Below are positions 58,358-64,000 of a DNA stretch of 64,000 nucleotides, one piece after another. The DNA comes from Alphaproteobacteria bacterium. Its GTDB lineage: Bacteria; Pseudomonadota; Alphaproteobacteria; GCA-2731375. Below the pieces are notes generated by a model. It was not told the DNA's origin, searched no databases, and saw nothing but the letters and a program-made list of their open reading frames with translations. The first letter of the stretch is position 1. Each line of letters begins with the position of its first letter. Location of the stretch: positions 5,226,193-5,290,192 of the forward strand of contig CBDDPY010000002.1 of the NCBI GenBank assembly GCA_965232515.1, in the 5' to 3' direction. The position numbers and the translations under genes were made by a program.

Positions 58358-58564
58358 ATGCCGAAAAACGTTGTCGTGTTGCTGCAAAGCGACGAAGGGC
58401 GCTCTTTGGTTCGTAAGAAGTGCCGCGCAGCAAGTGTGCGCATGAGTACGGTCGAAGAATTGATAGAGGCTGAGCTGGATCAGCAGGGCAAGATGCGGAA
58501 GGCCGGTCTTTGGGAAGAATTTGACCGGGTATTCGACGAAGCCGCTCCGGAGGATGCAGAGTAA
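58358..58564 (+). CDS. small hypothetical protein (68 aa) inside the dnd-like operon
   Basis: Its stop overlaps the ATG of the next gene (TAATG at 58562-58566). It has a basic N-terminal half and an acidic C-terminal tail. No family recognised. Confidence 0.5.
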   Translation: MPKNVVVLLQSDEGRSLVRKKCRAASVRMSTVEELIEAELDQQGKMRKAGLWEEFDRVFDEAAPEDAE

Positions 58565-60630
58565 TGCATTTGCGTGCCGTGGATCTCCGGGACTGGCGCT
58601 CTTACCGACACGCTCGATTTGAGTTTCCCACACCAAACGACGGCCGCAACGTCATTCTGGTTCGAGCACCCAATGAATACGGCAAGACGTCGTTCTTCGA
58701 GGCGATCGCTCTCGGTCTGTTCGGTCGAGAGGGGTTGTTCCTGGTGCCGCGCGCACGTGTCGCGACCAATGGTGATCTTTCCGAACGACAGGCCGTCACC
58801 TACAGCCAGTTCCTGGCCGGTACGCTCCACAGGCGTGCGCTTGCCCAGGGGCGGCAGAGCTGTTCCGTCACGCTTGAGTTAGAAGACGAAGACGGTGAAC
58901 CCGTCGAATTAACGCGCAAATGGCACTTCGCGTCGAATGGCCAGCACAAGCCTTACGACGATGAACTTCTGATTTTTGAAGGCCACGGCCGTCGCCCGGT
59001 GGCGCCGCCTGCTACGGTGACTGATCGCGACGGCTGGTACCGGGAATACATTGCCAACACCTTTATCCCTGCGCCGCTGGCTGAGTTCTTTCTCTTCGAC
59101 GGAGAGCAGGTTCAGCGATACGCCAACCGGGGCATGTCGGGGCAAATTCGCATCGGCATTGAAGGCCTGCTTGGTCTTCCTGTTCTCCGAAGCCTGAAGG
59201 ATTCGCTCCTGCGATATGCGCAGGCACGCCGGTCCAGTGCCGCGTCGCCCTCCGATGAAAAGGTCCGGGCAGTGGAGCTTGATATCGATCGCCTGAAACA
59301 GGATATCGCAAGCAAGGAGAAGGTGCTCGAAGACGTGGATTCGCTCCTTCCGGGATTGCAGTCGGAAAGCGATGAACTTGCGCAGCGTCTCGGCGGCGGC
59401 GGTGAAGGCACAATGGCCATGGTCGCCGACCTTATCCGCGAGGAAGAACGCTTTAGGTCGGAGGCGGGCAGGCAAACTGAAGCTCTTATGAAGCTGCTTG
59501 CCGAGGATGTTTCGCTGGCGCTGGCTGGTTCCGCGCTCCGTGAACAAACGGTCAAGCGCTTGCAAGCGGAAGAGTTGCGCGAAAGCTGGGAGTCCGGCCG
59601 TAACCAGGGGAATGTCAATCTGGACCGCTACATCGCAGACCTGTCTGGTCGCGTTGCGAGTCTGGAACCGCCCATTGAAGGACAGCAGCGTGATGATGTT
59701 CTCGATGCGGCCCGCACGGCCTGGGAAGCGCTTTGGCACCCACCGCCGGAGGGATGTGCCGACGACTATCTCCACAAGGGACTGACTGGATCGGCGCGAT
59801 CACAGGCAATTGAGCGGCTGACCGCAATCGGTGAGCGCTCGGGCAGCGAACTGGCAAAGCTGATTGCCCAGCGACGATCATTCGTGGAAATGGCGGAAGC
59901 GAAGAAACGCGAATGGTTGTCTGTCGAACAGAATGCCCCTGAGGCGGAGCGCCTGAGTGAACGCCTGAAGGAGGTCAGCGAAGAGATCGGTGAACTCAAG
60001 ACCCGGCGCGACACGGCGAAGCGGGAGATTGAGTCTCTGCAAGGCGAGCTGGCTGCGCGCCTGCAGGAGTTTGGCCGCTATACCGACAGCATCGGACGCG
60101 GGGCGCCGGCGCTTCGTCGGGCTTCTCAAGCCGAAGCGGCCGCCAAGCTCATTGACGATATTCTCAGGGATGCAGTGCCGACGCAGGTGAATGCTGTGGC
60201 CGATGCGATGACGAAAGCGTGGAAGTCGATGGCGCACATGGACTTCCGTGTCGATCGCATCGAGATCACTGCGGACTGTGAAGTGAAGATGCTCAATAAG
60301 AAGGATGAAAACCTGCACGACGTCGAAAAGTCTGCCGGTGCCAGCCAGATTTTTACCCAGGCACTGATTTGGGCGATCAACCATGTGAGCGGTCAGGAGT
60401 TCCCGTTCATTGTTGATACGCCTTTGGCCCGGCTAAGCCGGGATCATCGTCTCGGCGTATTGAAAACCTTCCCTGATCGAAACGGCCAGGTGATCCTGCT
60501 TTCGACTGACGAAGAGGTGGTAGACGACAAGCTTGAGGCGATTGAGAAGCGGATCGCGGCTGCCTATCAGCTGCGTGTGCGTGACGATGATGGCGTGGCG
60601 GTGACCACTATCGAAGAAGACAAGCTGTAG
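58564..60630 (+). CDS. DndD/SspC-like SMC/ABC-type ATPase
   Basis: 688 aa, Walker A APNEYGKTS, long coiled-coil middle, signature KSAGASQ, Walker B/D-loop FPFIVDTPLARLSRDHR, LLSTDEEV. Confidence 0.8.
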   Translation: MHLRAVDLRDWRSYRHARFEFPTPNDGRNVILVRAPNEYGKTSFFEAIALGLFGREGLFLVPRARVATNGDLSERQAVTYSQFLAGTLHRRALAQGRQSCSVTLELEDEDGEPVELTRKWHFASNGQHKPYDDELLIFEGHGRRPVAPPATVTDRDGWYREYIANTFIPAPLAEFFLFDGEQVQRYANRGMSGQIRIGIEGLLGLPVLRSLKDSLLRYAQARRSSAASPSDEKVRAVELDIDRLKQDIASKEKVLEDVDSLLPGLQSESDELAQRLGGGGEGTMAMVADLIREEERFRSEAGRQTEALMKLLAEDVSLALAGSALREQTVKRLQAEELRESWESGRNQGNVNLDRYIADLSGRVASLEPPIEGQQRDDVLDAARTAWEALWHPPPEGCADDYLHKGLTGSARSQAIERLTAIGERSGSELAKLIAQRRSFVEMAEAKKREWLSVEQNAPEAERLSERLKEVSEEIGELKTRRDTAKREIESLQGELAARLQEFGRYTDSIGRGAPALRRASQAEAAAKLIDDILRDAVPTQVNAVADAMTKAWKSMAHMDFRVDRIEITADCEVKMLNKKDENLHDVEKSAGASQIFTQALIWAINHVSGQEFPFIVDTPLARLSRDHRLGVLKTFPDRNGQVILLSTDEEVVDDKLEAIEKRIAAAYQLRVRDDDGVAVTTIEEDKL

Positions 60631-60642
60631 AGACCGTCCGCC

Positions 60643-62175
60643 ATGCCTCTGAGCATCATGGATGTCGTGAATTCGCAGTACCGTACGACAAAGGCGGCGG
60701 ACGATCAGTGCGACCAGCTTCTTCGGCGATTGGGTTACAGGGTGCGGTACCTGCCGGCGCGCTTGGCAATTGCGCGGTCGCTGTCTCTACTTGAACAACC
60801 GGAGCCGCTTGGCTCGGGCGAAGAGGAAGAGATGGCCGTTGGTATCCGCGGTCAGCAGCTCTTCGGAGACGGTAGCGACCCTGCGGCCTGGATGGCGCTG
60901 ATTTCCCAGCGATCAGGCACCAGCGACCTCGAACGCCGTGAGTTTCAGAATATTGTCGGCGCACACTGGCAACGCGGCGCGGACTTGTTGGCGAGGGATT
61001 GGGAGGAATCGGCTGAGAGCCTTGGCACATTCGTGTCGCGTCTGGCTGAGCTTGCCAATCTCGCCATAGATGATGGTGGCAAGTCCTTCGGTGGAGAGTT
61101 TGTTGAGTCCCCGGCACCGCTTGCGACAAACGTGACGCTGCCAGTCGGGCCTGTTGCCGAGGACGCCGAAACGGGCGAGCCGGTGGAGTTTCCGCTGAAC
61201 GCTCCCGGCGGCAGTCCGCACATGGCAATCATGGGTGGCACCAACTCCGGCAAGACATATACGGCGGTGACGATGCTGAAGCGGCTTAGGTCCATCGGGC
61301 CGGTGCCGATTCTTGCGTTTGACTTCAAGGGTGACCTGTCCGAGCGGCTTGCGCCTGACATAGGTGCGGACGTGGTGTCGCCGCCCAGATCGCCGGTACC
61401 GTTGGACGTCCTTGCGGTGCAGCTGCAGGACGAAGTTGGACTGCGTGAGGCGGCGGGGCGCATTCGCGAGTCGATCGGTCGCGTAAAGAGTTCAAGAATC
61501 AGCGGCGTTCAGTCTGATGCCCTGCGCGAGGCGGTGTTTCAGACGCTGCGAACACGGAGGGATGATACACCGTCAACGCTGAGCAACGTGTCGCGCGCAC
61601 TGGAAGCCGAGTACCAGCGGCGAAACCGCCGCCCTGACGAATTGACGGCGACCCTCAACGAGCTGAATCAGTTTTCCCTCTTCGATCCTCAAATGAGGCC
61701 GGAGGAGTTTTTTAGCCGGAGCTGGATTATCCGGCTGCCGCAGGATAGTACGGCTGAAGTGCGCCGCCTGATCATCAACCTGACGCTCGATGCGCTTGAT
61801 CGGTGGCTAAACTCGCAAGAGGACGCCCCTGAGGTGGACGGCCGACGTGCATTGCGCCACGTGTGTATGCTCGATGAAGCGCATGTGATTCTGGCGACGA
61901 AGCTGCCGGCCCTGACAAACCTGATCCGAATGAGCCGGTCCAAGGGCGGGGTCATTATGCTCGTCTCGCAATCGCCGGACGATTTTGAAGGCGAGGAAGA
62001 AGGCTTTTTAGACAACATGGGGCTGGTGCTAGCTTTCAATACGCAGGCGAAAGCCGGACCGACGCGTCGGATTTTCGGTGCCGGTGCCTCTCTCCCTGAC
62101 CTGACAGTCGGTGAAGCCCTGTGCCGAATTAGGTCGGAAGCCCGGACGCGCAGGATAACAGCGTGGCGGGCGTGA
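60643..62175 (+). CDS. fusion protein: DndE-like N-terminal domain plus FtsK/HerA-type P-loop ATPase
   Basis: 510 aa. The N-terminal roughly 130 aa (YRTTKAADDQCDQLLRRLG...LPARLAIARSLSL...GIRGQQLFG...AHWQRGADLL) follows my recollection of the DndE pattern. The C-terminal part has Walker A GGTNSGKT, AFDFKGDL, Walker B CMLDEAH and LVSQSPDDF. Confidence 0.55.
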   Translation: MPLSIMDVVNSQYRTTKAADDQCDQLLRRLGYRVRYLPARLAIARSLSLLEQPEPLGSGEEEEMAVGIRGQQLFGDGSDPAAWMALISQRSGTSDLERREFQNIVGAHWQRGADLLARDWEESAESLGTFVSRLAELANLAIDDGGKSFGGEFVESPAPLATNVTLPVGPVAEDAETGEPVEFPLNAPGGSPHMAIMGGTNSGKTYTAVTMLKRLRSIGPVPILAFDFKGDLSERLAPDIGADVVSPPRSPVPLDVLAVQLQDEVGLREAAGRIRESIGRVKSSRISGVQSDALREAVFQTLRTRRDDTPSTLSNVSRALEAEYQRRNRRPDELTATLNELNQFSLFDPQMRPEEFFSRSWIIRLPQDSTAEVRRLIINLTLDALDRWLNSQEDAPEVDGRRALRHVCMLDEAHVILATKLPALTNLIRMSRSKGGVIMLVSQSPDDFEGEEEGFLDNMGLVLAFNTQAKAGPTRRIFGAGASLPDLTVGEALCRIRSEARTRRITAWRA

Positions 62176-62183
62176 CGGTGAAG

Positions 62184-63242
62184 TCAGGTTCCGCCGTAGG
62201 CTAATTGGAAGGCGTGCCAGGTTACTTCTGGACGCCCAAGAAGGTCGGGCTTCTGGCCCAGATCCTTCACAATCAGACCGTTCACTTCGGCAAGGTACCG
62301 TATTTCGTCGGCTGTGACGCTGTAGATGCCGCGTTCAAGCTGCGCCGGTCCATGCCGCAGGCTCACGTAAATCTTTCCAGCAGGCTTCAGAAGAGATGAA
62401 AGTACGGTCAGGGCCTTCGGTCGGTCCTCGGGATGCAGGTGCATCCAGACAGCACTGACGAGAATATAGTCATATTTTTGCTCGAAATTCAGGACTTTGT
62501 TCAGCTCAGGGAGTGCATCCTTTATCCATCGGATGCCTGATTTCGGATGCTGATTGCGCGCGAGAGCGAGCATCTTCTCGGAAGGCTCCACGGCAACGAC
62601 ATCTGCGCCGTGTAAAGCCATCCATGCTGCATCTCTCCCGGAGCCGGTGCCTACATCGAGCACATTCGGTTTCTTGTCTGCTGATTTGGTTATCTCGGCT
62701 GCGAGGTCGGGGTGAATATCCTCGAACTGGACGGACTCGTAGTTGTCAGCGAGGTCACGCGCGTAGGTGTCGTAATAGGCCAAAGATCGCAGGCTACGGT
62801 CTGTATCGGATGGTTTGGCCTCATTATTCACTAATAACGCTCCAAAGAGACCAAGGCTGATGGCAGCCGCTGCGCCGAGCAGGCATTGAAATACAGTTCT
62901 GACCAGCCTGGACCGGGTAAAGAAACCCGTCCCTTCGCCTGACACGTACCCTGCTGCGTTGTAGGCCTCGATCCAGTCGAGATACTTCTGCATGAGGTAC
63001 CGAAGGCGGGTCAGCACAAGTATCAAGCCGATATTGCCCACCGCCGCGAGGAAGAGCAGTGCAAGCTTGAACAGAGCGAAATCGCCAACCTTGGTGACGC
63101 CGAACCATAGGCCGCCGGTGAGGGTCATGGCAATCAGCGGGATTTGCCACATCAACTGGTTCAAAGACCTGAAGGTGATGCAATTCTGTTCGTATGCGAC
63201 CTGCATCCGCTCGAATTCCATATCTTCAGGCGATTTGGTCAT
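62184..63242 (-). CDS. membrane-anchored class I SAM-dependent methyltransferase
   Basis: The N-terminal roughly 140 aa carries three hydrophobic helices. The C-terminal part has motif I VLDVGTGSGRD and ILVSAVWMHL. ATG at 63242 (or GTG at 63245). Convergent with the ATPase gene, with 8 bp between the stops. Confidence 0.75.
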   Translation of the reverse strand: MTKSPEDMEFERMQVAYEQNCITFRSLNQLMWQIPLIAMTLTGGLWFGVTKVGDFALFKLALLFLAAVGNIGLILVLTRLRYLMQKYLDWIEAYNAAGYVSGEGTGFFTRSRLVRTVFQCLLGAAAAISLGLFGALLVNNEAKPSDTDRSLRSLAYYDTYARDLADNYESVQFEDIHPDLAAEITKSADKKPNVLDVGTGSGRDAAWMALHGADVVAVEPSEKMLALARNQHPKSGIRWIKDALPELNKVLNFEQKYDYILVSAVWMHLHPEDRPKALTVLSSLLKPAGKIYVSLRHGPAQLERGIYSVTADEIRYLAEVNGLIVKDLGQKPDLLGRPEVTWHAFQLAYGGT

Positions 63243-63400
63243 CACTCCACCGGATCAAAGATGTGCAGGAATGGCTGAATGTGGCGGCAGCATTGGGACT
63301 GACCATCAGGCTCCGATCGGCACCGGATCGGCTAGCTGTGTCATATCTGTGTCATGGATTTTACTCGGGCGTGGAAACTTCTCATAACCCTTTGAAATAA

Positions 63401-63445
63401 TGGCGACGATGAGAAGATTCGAACTTCCGACCTACGCATTACGAA
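63401..63445 (-). pseudogene. 3' half of a tRNA-Thr(CGT)-like gene (anticodon loop to CCA), att-type remnant
   Basis: The reverse complement reads TTCGTAA-TGCGT-AGGTC-GGAAG-TTCGAAT-CTTCT-CATCGTC-G-CCA. No matching 5' acceptor or D arm lies to the right. Confidence 0.65.
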
Positions 63446-63645
63446 CGTTGTCCGGCTGATTTTCAATAATTAAATAAATCAACAAGTTAAAAGTTCCTGA
63501 CGCACTGCTCTAATAAGCAATATTGTATACTTTGAAGCATTTTTGGATTTTACTGTATCATAACTGTGTCACGGGTTATATTCAGAATGCCGCACGAACA
63601 AAAACATATAAGACGATGAATACAAAATAAACGAAGATTTGACGC

Positions 63646-64000
63646 ATGGCAAATATTAGAAAGCACGTTGGGAAGAACGGAGAGGTTAGTTACAAGGTTC
63701 AGATTCGCATGGCCGGTACCAAGCCGAGATATGCGAGTTTCAGGAGGCTGTCGGACGCAAAAGAATGGGCGCGGGAGGAAGAGACGAAGCTCCAGCGTCG
63801 TCGTGGCGGGTTGCAGCCGCAGGACCGCCATACGCTTGCCGAAGCCATCGATAAGTTCATTGCAGAGGAGATGGCGCGGCGGCCGGAGCGCGACCAGTAC
63901 TGGTTCAAGTGCGGCCTTGCATGGTGGCGCAGGGAGCTTGGCCCGATGCAGTTGCGCTCGATTACACCGGCTGACCTCGAGCGCGGGCGGGATATGTTGG
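63646..64000 (+). CDS. tyrosine integrase, N-terminal part (runs off window)
   Basis: Absent from the ORF track because it is open-ended. My translation MANIRKHVGKNGEVSYKVQIRMAGTKPRYASFRRLSDAKEWAREEE...ITPADLERGRDML has the typical arm-binding/SAM-like integrase N-terminus, preceded by AT-rich DNA. Confidence 0.65.
   Translation, partial: MANIRKHVGKNGEVSYKVQIRMAGTKPRYASFRRLSDAKEWAREEETKLQRRRGGLQPQDRHTLAEAIDKFIAEEMARRPERDQYWFKCGLAWWRRELGPMQLRSITPADLERGRDML

Overview
High-G+C chromosomal segment with alphaproteobacterial gene content and synteny (ftsEX next to an MJ0042-type zinc-ribbon gene, cpdR, TIGR02302/DUF4175, argH-lptM-lysA, etfBA-hbd, coq7-dsbB-yqaA). No rRNA genes and no CRISPR array are present. 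Positions 1-34.6 kb are mostly housekeeping genes plus a MarR-P450 pair and a complete polyol operon in the Rhodobacter smoEFGK-smoS-mtlK order behind a LacI regulator. Positions 34.6-44.2 kb hold a LysR-controlled cluster with the architecture of isoprene-degradation (iso) loci: CoA-transferase, SDR and GST, then a six-gene four-component soluble diiron monooxygenase, then a degenerate aldehyde-dehydrogenase-like gene. isoJ is absent. Positions 46.9-48.0 kb carry an IS5-family element inserted into a REP-like palindrome. From about 55.66 kb to the window end the G+C drops visibly and the DNA looks horizontally acquired. There, a native tRNA-Leu(CAA) gene that still has its promoter is cut at the anticodon loop. 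It is followed by a tyrosine integrase, an intact tRNA-Leu(CAA) with a different sequence, a tightly packed dndC-like / orf68 / dndD-like / DndE-like::FtsK-HerA-ATPase operon, a convergent membrane-anchored SAM methyltransferase, a tRNA-Thr-like 3' half and a second integrase. The strongest candidate for an undescribed system is this Dnd-like cassette. It lacks dndA and dndB, has no known restriction partner in the window (DndFGH, PbeABCD, SspE), and carries a DndE-ATPase fusion. All calls come from reading the translations and motifs by eye; no database searches were run. Many long ORFs in the track are off-frame artefacts of the high G+C and were ignored.
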